DNA of 59,600 nt from Gonapodya sp. JEL0774. Lineage: Eukaryota. Numbering within the stretch: position 1 is the first letter of the stretch; every line of letters begins with the position of its first letter. The position numbers were made by a program, and so were the translations under genes. The notes under the pieces were generated by a model. The model ran no database searches. It was given only the letters and a program-made list of their open reading frames with translations, and was not told where the DNA came from. Location: contig JADIIX010000030.1 in the NCBI GenBank assembly GCA_027604505.1, positions 124,001 to 183,600 on the forward strand. The letters run 5' to 3'. Shown piece by piece: positions 1 to 14,522 of the stretch.

Positions 1-2018
1 GTCCAGACGCGGATCATACTCTCGCTGGCCAGACTCCTGTAGTGGGTGTGTAGCCCAATAAGATTTAAAAGTTTGGTGCTGGAGCGCCACCGCAACGCAA
101 GCGCATTGCAGCCAGGCGTCAGGCGGGCCCTCAAGGTGCGGTTGAGCGAGGTATCGACGCAGCAGGAACGTCCAGTCCCTAATGGCCCGCTGAAACTCTT
201 CCATGCGAGTCTTGGTGTGGATAATGCCGACTGCCCGAGTGAGAGCGACTTCCATTTCTTCCTTCCCTGCTGTTCGTACTCGGCCTTTACGGCCACGCAG
301 ACAACCCTTGATCTGGTCCCACTTATGACGATTCTGCTCAAAGAGAACCAGGAGTGCCTCTCGGCAATCGTATGGTCGCAAACTGCACTGTGCACGAAGA
401 AGGAAATGCAAGGGGCTAAGAGGTTGTGATAACAAGTGGCCAGGTGGCGGATGTACAAGTCCTTGACCGGGCGAGAGTTCCACTGGGCTGGACAGGTAAG
501 CAATGGCGAGATGGTTGAAACGTACACCTGCAATAATCAACCCCAGCGAGTTACAGTCTCAGTTACGAGCAATGGAAATGGGCTCAGACCCTCACCGAAA
601 GTCGGCTGCATTCTGGCGGCAACCTCATACAACACAAGGCTCCTCTCCCAGTCCACCACGTGACCTGATGCCGTCCACCTGTATCGCGACATATCACCCA
701 AATATGAGAAGCACCGCGCATAGAACCCGACGGCTACCTCGTCCCATCCGCTCCTTCCTGCCCTCTCCTGCATTTCCGACGTGGCGACGAGACGGAGAGC
801 GTACCGATATACAATCTCACACTGCGTAAGATACTGAAAGAATGCAGATTTTATATCAGGATCGACCATCGACCCGGCGTTCACAGCTGTATAGACACTG
901 GATGGTGGTCCAGAGTCTTGTTCCACCGGCTGCATAATTGCCGCGATGTACTCTGTTCTGAATGTTTCAACAATCGGATACATGGCATGCTTCCACAATC
1001 GTACCTCAACGTCGTAGCCAACCTTCTGCTGACGTGCGGCGTCCGATCCCGTGCCAACCTCCGGGGAACCACCAACAACTGGATCCGTACCTGAATCCGT
1101 GAACTCGCGTTGGCCGTGAGGAACATGACCACCATGCTTTCCTCTTATTGCGAGTTGGGGGTCAAGTTTAAGAAAGGTGAGGTACAATGTGAGCAGGCGG
1201 AGACGCTTGTTGACTCGCTCTAATGTTGCCTGTGCCTTGGGAATGACATTGCGGTCAAACGTCGTTTCAGTGTTTTGTGCCGGAGAGTTAGAGGCTTCGA
1301 GAGTACTTCCGAGCAATAACGCCTGCGCAGGCATGACACCCAATTCGTCAACTTTGGTGTTCAAGTCCTCTTGTTCTGGGCTCCGGCGTACGAGCTTCGT
1401 TTGAGACAAATCGCGTTCGATGTCACAAATTTCACGATAGATGGACTTCATATGACGGTGAATGCGACCTTTATCAACCAACTGTTGTGCTCCTGTTAAG
1501 GGGAGACTCAAGGAGGATTGTGGAGGTGTTCCTGGCCTTGGAGAGACCGTGACCGAGTCACTGTCGTATTCAGCCTGTCCTTGTCCATTATTCGACGTTG
1601 TTAATCCTACGACGAGAGTAGTCACCATTGAGGCACGGCGACGCGCATCCGCCGCGAGGGACTGAGGCGAGTGCGGTGGGAGGAGTGGATCCTCCGCGGC
1701 AGGGTTCCGAAGTGAGCGCGTGCCTGAATACGGTGCATCGGCGCTGGGAGAGAATTTACCAGCAGAAAAAGAAATCGCCTCTGGGGGTCCCTTGCGGGCA
1801 GTCGAGCTCGAATCAAGAAACGGCCTCGACGTATTTTCAGAGCCTCGTGAAAGAGGTCGCTGCATTTGCTGGTGGTTGGTGAATACTGCATGAGAAATAG
1901 GAAGAGAGTATCGCGATCCTTGCTGGTGTCGTTGTGCCGGGGATGCCCAGGACGAGCGCTGCTGCTGATTCGTAAGCTGCCGCTGTCTGGATGGTTGTGG
2001 AGATTGAACGTCTTGCAT
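1..2018 (-). CDS. Est1/SMG5-SMG6-SMG7 family protein (14-3-3-like TPR domain); 3' part runs off the window start
   Basis: ORF 537-2018 has DVEVRLWKHAMYPIVETFR and CFSYLGDMSRYR...YEVAARMQPTFG. A GT-AG intron at 595-528 joins it to GVRFNHLAI...RPYDCREALLVLFEQNR...AVGIIHTKTRMEEF, which stays open to base 1. These match EST1/EST1-DNA-binding domain motifs. The start codon is uncertain. Confidence 0.8.
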
Positions 2019-2619
2019 GTGCCTGCAGATGGTCTGAGCTGGCGTACTGATTCCAATATCTCCAACGTCGGAAAGTGGAGCCGAGATGTTTCTGCCTCGA
2101 TAAGACTCGAGAGGCGTCTCGCTTCTGCGTCTCCCTCTATTCCTTCTGGTGACCGTTTCTGGTCCTCCGGTTCCAACCTGTGTGCTGTTGTGTTATTTAG
2201 ATAATAGACAACTAGGTCGGTGGGGAGGCAACACCATTTAGGAACCAACTTCATTAACAGCGTCATGTCTTTGTGGCAAGGAGACTAACACTAAGACGCT
2301 GGATTTTCCCTGTTAGGGATTATTGTTTAAAAAGCAGTGACTTCGCTCGCCGTGGCAGAACAAATGGAAAGGAACCGTGTTTGGTGACATGACTGCGTTT
2401 CTTTAGTATTCTCGCATTCTTTGAACTGTCTGAGATCAAATTGTTGAGATTTAGTCATCTTATTACCAATAAATCCAACATATCTGTTATCGTTACCCTC
2501 GTCGTTGTGGCGCCCATACCCGGACTCGCCCTCTGGATTCTCAAAAATGGCTACGACACTCTGAAATCGAAGTTTCGATAATTCTGAGCTAGTCTGGCGC
2601 GAAAAAGGAAACTGCCAGG

Positions 2620-5179
2620 ATGGCATCGGACAAAGGCTCGGGCGGCGTAATCTCAAGGTGGCAGAACGGAATCCAGGATGATTGCTCAGCACAACAAACG
2701 GAGCAAGGACAGTCTAAACAGCAGTTTCTTCAAATTTCGCAGAGCAGACGTTCTTTGATGGCCGCTGGAGCAGGGAAAGCCAAAACCAATGGTCGCAGCG
2801 GGGCAACCAAAACCATGAACCGGGAGAGGGGTGGCACAAGACCACATACCAACCCACTTCCTGTATTGCCACGCCCTCTTCCACCGCAGAGCCATTGCCA
2901 GTCCGTGTCAGCTACCTACCGTCCCGAGCTTCAATCTTCTGCAGATCTGTTTTGCAGTTTGAATCCGTTCACGATCTTCCCGAAACCCAAAGTTTGTGAC
3001 AAACGTGCCCTGTTTCTCTGTTCAAATTCGCAGGAGGACTTTGACAAGTCTCCAACACGAGCTTCGGCCCCCGATGGAAGCCATTTCGATATGGGTGCTC
3101 CAAATCATGACGCACGACAAACGCGGGACACTTTCGCGGGCGTCAGTCTCTTGAAATCATTCTCGACCGCAAATATCTTAGAAACAAGCTCCACCGCTGG
3201 CGCTGCTAATACCCGGAAACGGGGCCGCCCACGCAGGCCTTCCGCCCCCATCAGTCTTCCACAGCCCCGAGTCGCCACCTCAGCCGCCCTTTCCGCTGCC
3301 ATGCTCGCATCTCGGGCCGCGGTCTGTGCTTCCAAAATTGAAAATAGAGGCACAAAGCGATTAAGCAAATATGAGATGCTGAAGGAGCAGATAGCAGATA
3401 TGGCTGAAGGGTTATCGTTGAGAGCAAGTGGCGGTCTGAGTGAACGGCCTGGGTTAACAGGCTCGCAAGGACTGGAAGCGAGAACTGGGCGGGTAGGACC
3501 CTCGAGAGTGAGTTTGGGGACTCTACGCACTTTGCCGGTGCTGAAATTGAATGTGGATAGAAGTTATAGTCCCTCCTCTGCTTCATTTTCACGTGCGGGC
3601 GAGGTCTCGGCCGCGAGCCATCGTGAGGTTGTGGACATCTGGAAGGTGCACAGCTCTGCCGATTACGCAGTCGTTGGTTCTGGAGTAGGTGTTGGGGATG
3701 GAGGCACATCTCGTGGCGGAACGGCCGCGAACGACGAGGGGAAAACGAACTCAGCAGAACTCAAGACATGCGGACGTTTGCCCATTGGAGCCGGAGAAAG
3801 GGGAGAAAGATTCATCCTAGGGTCTTCCACAGGAACTTTAGTGGCAGATGACGGGAACAGGGTCTCCCTTGCAGCTGGACTGGAGCCTCTCTCATCCTCA
3901 AATCTCAAAGGCGCTGCGCAAGTCTCTGTGTCAAACCCTTCACTGCCCTGGCCAATTTCCCAGGAACTCTTTGGCATGTCAGCTGACGTATCCTTGCGGG
4001 CGCGACTCAACGCAGATGTCAGTGAAAACGGAGCTCAAGCAGATACTTCTCGCTTCCAACCTTGGACGTCCTCCCTACCTCGTCCACTTCCAACTCCAAT
4101 TGCACCCAATGGTGACCTTCGTTACCACATGCAACCCGTCATACAACCCACGAACAATCAGAGTCGTCTGCCCCGATGGTGGGGTGATGACGACGAAGTT
4201 CGCCGATTTGTAGAAGGTGTGAGGCGGTACGGTGTTGGAAATTGGAGTGCCATGAGAAAGGACGCGGAGTTACGACTAGATGGAAGGAAAGGGAGGGAGT
4301 TGTACGAAAAGTGAGTGAGTCGTGTGCTGGAGATTAGCGACAACCATTTTTGGAGGCGAGAAAATGGAGGCTGGTGTTTATTGTTGGGACCTGTTCAAGT
4401 TCATTCAGAAGGTTCCTTGAACTGAGGGTTAATAAGACCTGCTCATATGTGTTGCTCAACACGAAGTTCCCTCTTCTAGATGGCGGACCCTTGTTACCCT
4501 CCCCAATGGTCAACCTGGCGATGGCTACCCCCAGACTCCCACCACAACCGATCCCCACCTCGTCCCACCCGTCCCGCCCGTCCCGCCCAAACTCGTTCCT
4601 TACCTCAACCTACACGACTGGACCACCATAATTCGCACTTCTGGACGTGCCCATTCGGTCCGTGTGCGTAGACCAGGCGAGTCGAGGACGACCCTCACAG
4701 AGTACGTTGGCGCAAATTTATTGAGTGGCAAGGCAGTGTGGTCAGAGGGTGCCGCCACGGTGACTGCTGCAGTTGCGGAGGCAATCTCGGCACTGTCTGT
4801 GGAGTCGAGGTCTTCTGCAGCTGGGAGTGCTGGAGCTGCTACAGGGAAGAAGCGAGCCAGGGGAGTTACCGGAGGAACAGAAGATGGCGATACGGGGGAC
4901 GAAGGCGATTCTGGTGGTCCTGGTGGTGGGAACAAACGGTATTCTAGAGGTGCAGCGAGGACTGCCCCTATGCAGGCTGTGCGAGATCAGGCAAAGCTAG
5001 AACAAGGGAGAAAGAAATCACGGGTAGGAGAATCACGGGGAGGAGAAGGTCATGAGGACAAATGGTCGAGTGCAAGGACTGCGGGATGGGTCGGGTCAAT
5101 CAAGAATCGGTGGAGACCTAAAGACAGGGAGGTTGGAATTTTGGTAATGGATGGCGGAGATGAGGGTGATGGGGTTTGA
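2620..5179 (+). CDS. TRF/telobox-type single Myb domain protein
   Basis: Exon 2620-4310 ends in WWGDDDEVRRFVEGVRRYGVGNWSAM...GRKGRELYEK. Intron 4311-4479 (GTGAGT...CTAG) restores K-W-R-T-L (telobox LKDKWRN-like), in frame with ORF 4664-5179. An AT-hook-like RKRGRPRR is also present. Confidence 0.75.
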
Positions 5180-6034
5180 GCATTGTTTTATTGAATTCCT
5201 GCGCACATACAATTTGATGTCAGTTCACTTTTCGAGTTCCCAATTTGGTGTATCACAGTCAACACAATGACGACTACTCAATAACACTGTGAATCAGTGT
5301 ACAGGTTTGGCAGGTGTGTCAGCCTGCCCACTGCACTGCTTCGAACGCACTGCTGGTCTTCCTTGGGTTCCCCGGTTTGTGTGCACGGTCCGGAGGGTGA
5401 ACCCAATAAGAGTCTGCCAAACCAGACAGTATACAGGTAGCACGCGTTGGGGGAGTTTCGGTGTAGGCAGGGTGGCATTACTCCAACATTTCGGTACAGA
5501 TATGTGACAAACAAACGATCCAGAACCATTATCGACAAGCTGATTTCGTAGTGATTCTTATACGATTCTATTACTCTAGTTCTTCTCTCTAATGTTCACA
5601 ATTGCGGCATCCAAGATGATGCAAAGTAGAAAGCGAGCAAATGTGGAAGAAGGATCACAGGTCGTGGTTTCTGAGCTGGGATTTGCAATGCTTCTCTCTG
5701 TCTTTATTGAACTAACCAATCAAATTCATGGGGTTGCATGTGGGTTTTCACACCATTTGCAGGCTGCACACCTTCAACGAAATTTTGGTTAGCGGCTACA
5801 AGCAACGGTCCCGTGGTGTGCCATTAGGAAACCGCGCACGTAGATACTGAGAAAACTCGTGGTAGGCCGTGTGGAGTGGAGTGCCTTCGCGATCGCAGGC
5901 GGATGGGATGCCGGTGAGTAGGCGGAAGATCTGTTTGCGGTGAAACGATCCTGTCGGCTCTCAGAGTGATTCTCGCGCTTGCAAAGCAAACGAGAGTGCC
6001 ATGTTCTGCGTAGTTTATAGCCCTGATTGCGCCA

Positions 6035-8915
6035 TTGGAGCTTCACCATTCTTCTCGTTCCGGACCAGAACACATGCTGATCCATTCAGTACCAGTTGCA
6101 CTGCACGCCCTGCATAACAAGGCAAACCCGCTGTGCCGCTTCTCGCAACCTGCCATGCCGCCGCCCACCGACACATTTCCTGGGCAGTTAAAGCTGCCGA
6201 CTCCACCTGTATCTATGGATCCACCAGCGAAACTTCATAATCCGTTCCTTTCGTCTTCCCCACCCCTAAGCGAGCCCCCTGACGCTACCTCTTCGTTTTT
6301 GTTCTCGGTTGATGCCCTAGGTGGCGTTAACGGCCGGCGTCTTCTTGGACTCACGAAGGGTGTCTCTGTGCCACCGGATGGTGACTCATATTTCGACCGG
6401 ACGCCATTGATACGACCTATCTCGCCCATCTTTGGAGCTTCTTCAACCGAAACTGAGAACTGCCATACCCTTCCAGTCGTGAACTCTATCTTGGCAAGAC
6501 GCAGCTCGGTATCTCAGCAGTGCGCACCTATTCCCAGTTCACCGAACGCCTTAATCTCAATCTCTTCTCTGGCACCATCTTCGTCATCCTCCTCTTCAAC
6601 ATATCTGAATCTGGCATCTGCATCTTCTCCTTCACATAGTTTTGTCCACAAGTCGTCATCGTTGCTGTCTCCTTCTCCATCATCGTCATTTGTTCTGACA
6701 TCTGAACCCCTGGCCCCATTCGGTACCACCTCCGCGCACCCTCCTCTCACTTGGCAACCCGAAAATCAACTCGTTTCTGTCACCTGTGCTACATATGATG
6801 TTCATAATCGGGAATCTCTGCATCAAGTCGTCTCAACTTCGTCGCAATCAGTTGGCAGTGTACCTCCTCCGCTGACCCCACCCCCGAAGTTTCTTAACTA
6901 TGGTCAATCACCACCAAATTTGCCAACTTTTGAAACGCTCTCAGGACCGGTTTCCCCACCCGCCGAAGCACCCTCGTGCGTGGAGTCTCCGGGTTCTTTG
7001 TCTGGAGCCAGTAATGCTCTTCTACACGAGAATGCCGCCGTAAATTCTCAGAATTTTCGGGCGAGCGTGGAAGCACCTGTGCTCGCTGACCTACTGGATA
7101 AACTCGGCAGGGGTTCGACTTCTCTTAAGGCGTCCCCCCCCGATTCGGAAACATCGGATAGCACCGTCTTCGCTTGCGATCACAATTCGCCCATACTTGC
7201 ATCTACTCCACCAAGCCTCACCCCTGTATCACACTCGCGCACCTCTCCTGATGATTTTATATCCGTCGAAGACCTCAACTTCAGGACGAATGTTGTGCCG
7301 AGGCCAGCACTCAGAACGCCCACCCCTGGAAGGAGTCCGAGTCCGAAGTCAGTGAGGTTCTCACCGAGCCTTACCCACGTGAGTTTTTCTTCGGACGAGA
7401 GGCGAATGTATTGCTTGGAGGCTCGATTATTCTCGTCCCCAAGGGCTCATGTGTTTCGTCCTTCATGATTTATCTTGAACGCCGTAGACCCGGCACTTCT
7501 TCCATACCGAAGCCCCTCTTGACGTTTCAAACCCCCTTCAGACCCGCTACTCACTTCGAGCAACAATCCCAATCTCTTGGGGTGCCGTGGTGCGCCTCGA
7601 AGGACTCCGCCTACCGAACTCAAAGTCGGCGCGTTTAGAAGGGTCGATTGTAGTGTGCAATCTGGCGTTTCAAAAGCGCGTCACAGTGAGGTACACGTGT
7701 GACAGTTGGGTTTCGTACCTTGAGGCTGTGGGCTCCTATGTCGGGAAGTGGACTGGCATGGGAGGCGGCGACGAGGTGTTTGGGTTCGACGTGGATCTAG
7801 ACGGATCTTGGCCTCCGGGAAGTGATTCGTTGGATTTGCAGCTAGTCGTGAAGTATGAGGTTGGTGGTGCTGAATACTGGGACAATAATTGCGGGAGGAA
7901 TTATGAGGTCACCGTGGTCAGACGAGTTGTAGAAGACGTCACATTCGAAGCGTGTGCGGCTGCAGATGTAAGGGACTACAGCGAAGGGAGTGGTAGTGCT
8001 AGCTGGGAGAATGGAGAGAGACAGGATACTAAACCAAGTCACCTACTCGAGTACCTTGGACGACCCTCACCTCCAAGAAAACGCAACAGGCGGCACCAAT
8101 CATCAACACGTTCGTCGCTTATGATGAGTGACGAGGAAACTGACACTTCAGACTCCGATGCCGAAGACGATTACTTCGGTCAGGCAGAACAGTTGGCCGC
8201 GGCCGTTGGAGACCACGCGAATCTCTCTCTACTGGATGCACCAAGAACCATTGATGATGGCAAGGGTATGAGTGGGCACAAGCAAGGAAGGCGTGCCTCT
8301 ATGCATCCGCATGGGGTGGTGAATGGTCGAATTGCCCTTCACCACCCCCGGCCTGTGTCGCCAACGCATCCAGTACCGGACTTTGAGGTGAAAGTGAATG
8401 GCTCGTCAGAATACCTGACAAGCTTTGGTTTGGTAGCACCGTCACCTGCATCTGCCTCGGGATCGTCCTCACCAAAACTTGCAGATAAGCCAGTGAGCCC
8501 GGTACCGAGTAAGGCAGGCGCAATCGAGGATTCTCCATTTTTTGGCGCGTGGTCACACGATGCGACTGCGTCAGTGACAGGAATTGAACCGTACCCAATA
8601 GCTCCTGTCTCCCTACCCATCACGAAAAAGAAAATTGGCGTGGTCGTTCCTCGACCCGCGCCTGCGGCTCCAGGAAGTACTCAGTACACAACGTCCACAG
8701 GATATCGCCTCAGCTTGTCTTGGGCACCGGACCCAACTTACATGTACTCTGGGATGCGAATGACTACCTCTATGACGACGCAGGGGGACCCTCTGGGAAA
8801 CTCAGGAAGTCGGCCAATCAGTCCAGGAAACAGACCTGGGGTTATTGGCGGGAGTCAACGCTATGGTAGCCCATATTCCAGTGGATTATATGCATCAGAC
8901 GTATCTTGGGCATAA
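6035..8915 (+). CDS. Protein phosphatase 1 glycogen-targeting subunit (Gac1/PPP1R3-like, CBM21)
   Basis: PP1-docking KSVRF motif, then intron 7379-7487 joining in frame to CBM21 motifs VCNLAFQKRVTVRYT..SW and EYWDNNCGRNY. The real start is probably a downstream ATG (about 6155-6215). Confidence 0.88.
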
Positions 8916-9007
8916 GCTCTGTTCATTTTTGTTCATATTGTGGTTCTGCAGTAGCATTTAGTACATCATCACATCTCCATGGCATTGTCTTCATGCAGTC
9001 TTCAATA

Positions 9008-12000
9008 TCAAAAATAGCTTCCACCGCGACCACCTCTCCGAACTTGAGGTTTTCCACGACCTCCGTTGAAGCTACTCTCACCGGTGATTTGCGCTGGGCG
9101 GGGGCGAGGTGGTCCGTAGCCCCGTCCGCCCCTGTAGACATAATGATTATCAGAATTATCAGAAGGGTACATCGTCCGAGATTCAGCTGCAGTTGAGGGA
9201 ACGACAGGTAGGGTTCCCGGATGGTGCTCAATAGGTCCTTGGCTCCACGCCCCATTTAATGGAGGGTTCCCGGGCAATGGTGCCAGTGGCTGGCTATGAT
9301 ATGACCCAGCACGATCACCTCCGGTATTGTGCAGTTGCCCATGCGGAATCGACTTCCGCAATTGAGAGGCTTGGTTGATTGGCAGCAACGTTGCGAGATT
9401 TTCCGAGGAGACTGGCGGTTGGCGGTTCAATAAATTGATGAGGGTAGAGTAGTGAACCTTCGCTCTTCGAATTCGAGAAGATCTATCGGCAATGGATCGC
9501 GCTTGAACATCAACAGAACTAGCATAGCGGATCGCGTCAGACAACACACACTTTCCTGGTGTTGCGCTGCTGCTCTCAAAAAACATGTCGAACACAACAT
9601 CGACAAGTTTGTTCTTCACCCCAACAACCGTCCCCTTCATTCCAACTGGCACACTTCCTGTTTCATCAGCGAAGACGACACGATCCCCCAAAGAGAACGA
9701 CTGGTTAGTTAGCCGCTCCGTAGAACTGCTTGGTTTCAAGAGCGCCTCAGGTTCAGCTTCGATGAGTTCTGTACACTTTGTCTGACAAGCATTCACTCTA
9801 TTCCGCTTACCTGACGAGGGACGCCCTTCACAGTCACAAACTTTGGTGGGTTCGCGGCAGCTGCATTCACATATTCATCTGCAGCGTCCTCAATCCTCTT
9901 GATATAGTCCTGCGGTTTGTAAATGACATAAACTCTCAGAGTAGGCCGAGTCATACGAAAATGTTCGCACTCACCGCTGTTAAGGATTCCGAGTCCAGAT
10001 CCACCAATTCGAAACTAGAAGCGACTTCTTTCAACCAAATTTTAAGTCTCGAAAGTTGGATACCGCTTGGGTCATTTGGGAAGAAGTCGGACCACTCAAA
10101 ATTATCTCTCTGTTTTCTGTCCACGACAACAAGAATCTGGGGAAATTGCTCCTGTTGATGTAAGTTGCGTAAGAATCGCTCTGGTATCTCTCAAAAACGT
10201 GTTGGGAAGGGGATGGGATACCTTATAGGACTTGATCAAATCGACGGCCTTCTTGCTGAATTCCCACTGTTCGCCTTTTCGGGTATACCCTAATACTTTT
10301 TTCTGTTTTGCTTCAAATTTCATATTCAGGCCGATGTTTAGCTTATCTCCGGATCCTCCAATCATCACGAAAAGGCTTGCGGTGATCTTCGAAATGGTAA
10401 GTGGCTTCAAGCCAAGCTCACTCGCAACTTGCCAGCTCGGCTTGTAGTTTTGAGAGTTCAAGTATTCTTGAGTGAGAGTAAATCCAAATGGAGGTGGATG
10501 CTCCAAATCCGGTTCCGGGCGCTGTGCGGAAGTACTTGTGAAGAAAACCAAACCCAAATGGTCATGTACGGCAGTTCTCACTTGCAGTCGAATCGTCAAC
10601 AACTCCTTTTCTGATTGATGACCCGTCACCTCGCACAAGGATCCATAAGCCGAAACTCCCAAGAAGAAGACTCGTGATCCAACAGGAAAGTCTACCGAGA
10701 CATGTCGCGCAGGTTGTTCCTAAAATCCAACGAATCAACGAATAGCCTTCAAATTTGCTGAACATAAAGTCTATCCACCGTGTATCGGGTATCCTCGCAC
10801 TCTACAGTATCCACGATGGTCTGGACTGCAAATGCTCCCTCCTGTCCCGGATCAGAGTAGTACTTGACCACCGACCCATCATCCATGTGTCGCATTCCTA
10901 GAAAATTGACATAGAATCTTCGTGGTGGTGCTTGGGACAGCATCTTGACATGAAGAAATTGGCCCACCTTGAAGGAGCCTCACTCGCACTATAGCCTCCA
11001 CTGGACCGACAATCACAGCAAAACGCTTGCTATAATCTCCCTCAATCTGATGTGCTTCCTTTTGAAACCGCAAAAGTTGATCCTCTGAATGGGGACTTTT
11101 GACAACAGCCCCTATGCCGGCACCATTGTTGGACACGGTGTAGACGAAAAATTCATCAACAACCGACGTAGCGAGTGCTTCAATTAAAAATGGCCACCCT
11201 AGCACAGTGAATTTGCGTTGGAGTAAACGTAATTCTTCTGCAGGGCTCCGCGAACTCACCAACGAACACCCGACTCCCAATCATTTGGAGCGCAATCTCT
11301 TCAGGGGACACGTTGTCAAATCGATTTATTAGAGTCAAGATCATTGATTCATTCCTATTTTGTGGAAGGAGGTAAGCAAGAAACAAAAGTAATAGCAACT
11401 GCAACAACAGTTTCTAAACATACGCACCGCGAGTCCATTTCAAACACTCTGACCGAGTGAAATCCGAGGGCACCAGTGATTGGAAGGGTGTCAAGACTAG
11501 GAAAACCTGCTTGCGCTCGGATCCCCAATCGAGTGTTGGAGAGTAGGCCACGAACAAACCCCCGTTCACCCAGAATGGGCAGGTTAAATTGCGACATGAC
11601 CGTATGACAATTCACAACATCTTTGCGAAATTGATCCGTAACTTGGGGTATTCAATGGGTGAATGAAAATCGCACAAACCTCTGAATACACCCGGAAGAG
11701 GTGATGGATAGGTGGTACTGCGGTCTTCTTGGTGACGAAAATGCCAAGAATTGCCGTAGCTGTTTCTAGCGCGTTCGGACTGTGTAAGTTGTTTTTCGCG
11801 AGCTTGGAGAACAACAGATCGCTTTTGCTACTATCGCGGGAAAGCAAGCTCTTCTCGATAAACGTACGCTTCATAGCTGCCCACAGTCGCTTTTCATCAA
11901 TAAAGGGAATTTTGACAATCGCCTCCCAGCCGTTTTTCTTGCCATTAAGATCTGTCTCGAATTCAGATGGATAGAAGTCGTGTATTGGTGACCGGAAGTC

Positions 12001-14400
12001 GGTCATGAGGTCCTAGAGAAACAAATAGTGAGTTCGATTTTAACGTCAAACAGGAGTACCTGAATTCACAAGCGTTAAACATACCCGGTAGCACTCTGGT
12101 ACCAGCGCCTGACTTGCCGCGGGAAGAACACCCATCAGCTGCTCAAACGGCTTGAAAGGAGTTCCTATCTCAAAATGGAATGTGAATCCGGCAATCTCAG
12201 TGATATCTAACATGGAAAAAGTTCAGCCTATTTTACGGTTTAAGACTTGAGCGAGGCCATATACCAGTGATCATTGGGGTGTAGTAATATGGGTAAAACC
12301 AGCCCCATGAAATTACCCCACTGTAATAGTAATGGAGTACCCATCTGTCCAACATTAATAACGCCACTGGTGAGCCTTCATCATCGCGCGAGACCAAGGA
12401 CATCTTCACATACTGGATTCCCTCGATGTAGTGATAAATGAGAGTCTTCATTTGTTCTGAGCCATACTCGATACTCATTTTCTCCTAACACGACGTAGCA
12501 CACAGTGGAAGAATGAAACCGCAGAAGGTAGTTCGATGACGATAACGTGCGCGCCTCACCTTATAGTATGTTTTCTTCCAATCGCGGAACTCTTGCTCAA
12601 GGCGTTCTTGGATCTCCTTCTCCTTTTCATCCGCAAGTTCGTCCTCCTCTCTCACAGTGACTTTGTCCCAGCGTTTCAGTACACGAGATCTCGCAACGCC
12701 ACTCTCTTCGTCAGAGTCATCCTCGTCTGAGTCCCAATCAACCATCATTTGTCGAGTGTTGTGAGGCCCAACCTCGTACGAGTGATTTAGACCCAACTCC
12801 TTTGCAAGTCGGGCAATAAATGCTCTATCACGCGCTGGCAGCGATGGTTGAAATGCAAGTCTATCTGTGACTGAATGTCGGTCAACGAATCCCTTTATGT
12901 TTTCAAATATATCCTTCTGAGTGGGCGTCATTGCTGGAAAGATGGGATGCAATCAGATTCCAAACAAGCAAATGCGCGGATCGCAGTCATACATTCTCCA
13001 TTCAAACCTTGCTTGGCATCCATGCGATTTGGCTGTTGCCGAGCTTTCGCCGCTAGCCATTTCAAATCTGTTCGCTCAGATTGAAAATGTTGGCGTTCAA
13101 AATCCCCGAGTTCCACAATAAGTTTCTGCAGAAGTTCAAGGTTCAAAATTCCGGAGTCATGCAAGTATGTAGTTCCCTGGGGCAGAACTCGCTTGTAAGC
13201 ATCAAACAAGATGTTCAAAGCCCCCTCTCTGATATGCAAGTTCGGTAGATTGGGGAGAAAATCATTGCCAACAAAGTAACACATGAGAATGAAATCGTCA
13301 ATAATACGCTCAAGATCGTATCGGAATGGGAGCGTTTGATTCAACTCCAAAAACTCTAGGTTCAGATATTCCCTCATGAGCGACAGGTGTAGAAGGTAGA
13401 ACTCCTGTGCATCAGACTTCGTAGAGGCTCGTTTGCGACTAAATGTGACTTTCTCTCTGAGAAGTGCAAAATGAGGCTCGTGAGTGAGGAGACCGAGCAT
13501 AATTAAGTCCGCATCAAGTCCGTATACGCAGTGCCGAGTATTATGCTCATAATCAGGGGAGGACTTGGCAAGGCGAAGGTATTCCATGATTTTATGCTCC
13601 CCTTCTCCAGGTACCTGGCTTGAAACTAGGGTCAAACATCTTCTGCGGGAACCTAAAGGTCACTCACATCGTGTCCTGACAGAATCACCTCTACACCCTT
13701 CCATTTTGGATCTTCTGAGACTCTTACATTAGCATACCACTTCAGTTGTTCTGAGAGTTTGGTCATGAATAATGTTCCAGGTGTGATTGAGTTACTATCA
13801 AAAGGATCGGAGTCAGGCAGTGTTTGCCCCTTTGAAAGTGCCTTTTCTCTAAGCTCCTGAGCTTCTCTGGCCGTTTGGAATCGACGAGCACGTTGCTGAT
13901 TGATTTTCGCCCTTGGAGCTACCCCGTCGACTGCCATGAAGAGCAATTTCCTGGGCTTAATCGTGTTGAATAGGTTATCAACGTAGTCAAAGATGTTCTG
14001 GTAGATCTCCTGCTCGGTGATGCGGAAATGGGCGTCTCCGTCATTCGGGTGAGAACAAGGATGTATAATCCCATTCATGTCAAGATAAAGATTGTCTAGA
14101 GGAAGAGCTGCCGGTGTCAAAAGCAGACCTTTGCAGTAATGCGTCTTGCTGCTCACCAAATTCTGGTATGCGGTTCTCTTGAATGAGCTGGGAGCAAAGG
14201 GGATAGCGTTCGCTGATCCATCTGGTGGAAAATCAGTGTCACGACAACAGTCTGAACGTTCATATGTGGACTTGAAAGACTCATGAGCACGCTCTGTGTT
14301 TCATTCACCGAAAGAATTTTGGAATGCCTGTTCGAACAGAAACAAATCTACTGAACTGCGGGACGTGTCACTCTCACAGAGAATCTCAAGACGTACCCAT
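9008..14400 (-). CDS. XRN1: 5'-3' exoribonuclease 1
   Basis: Spliced N-terminus MGIPKFFRWISERYP...EFDNLYLDMNGIIH, MAVDGVAPRAK, PGEGEHKIMEY, YGLDADLIMLGL, VGNDFLP, WVLHYYYSG..SWGWFYPY, DLNGKKNGWE, plus Xrn1-specific C-terminal NIGLNMKFEAK and FSLGDRVV segments. Multi-exon. Confidence 0.96.
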
Positions 14401-14522
14401 TCTCTAACTGCCTCTGATCTTCCGGTATGCTTCCGAATTGGAAAATCTGACAAGTTCCGTCAAGATACTGGTGGCCGAAAGAGATGAAATGAGTATATTG
14501 GTTTGAGATTTTGTACATAGTG

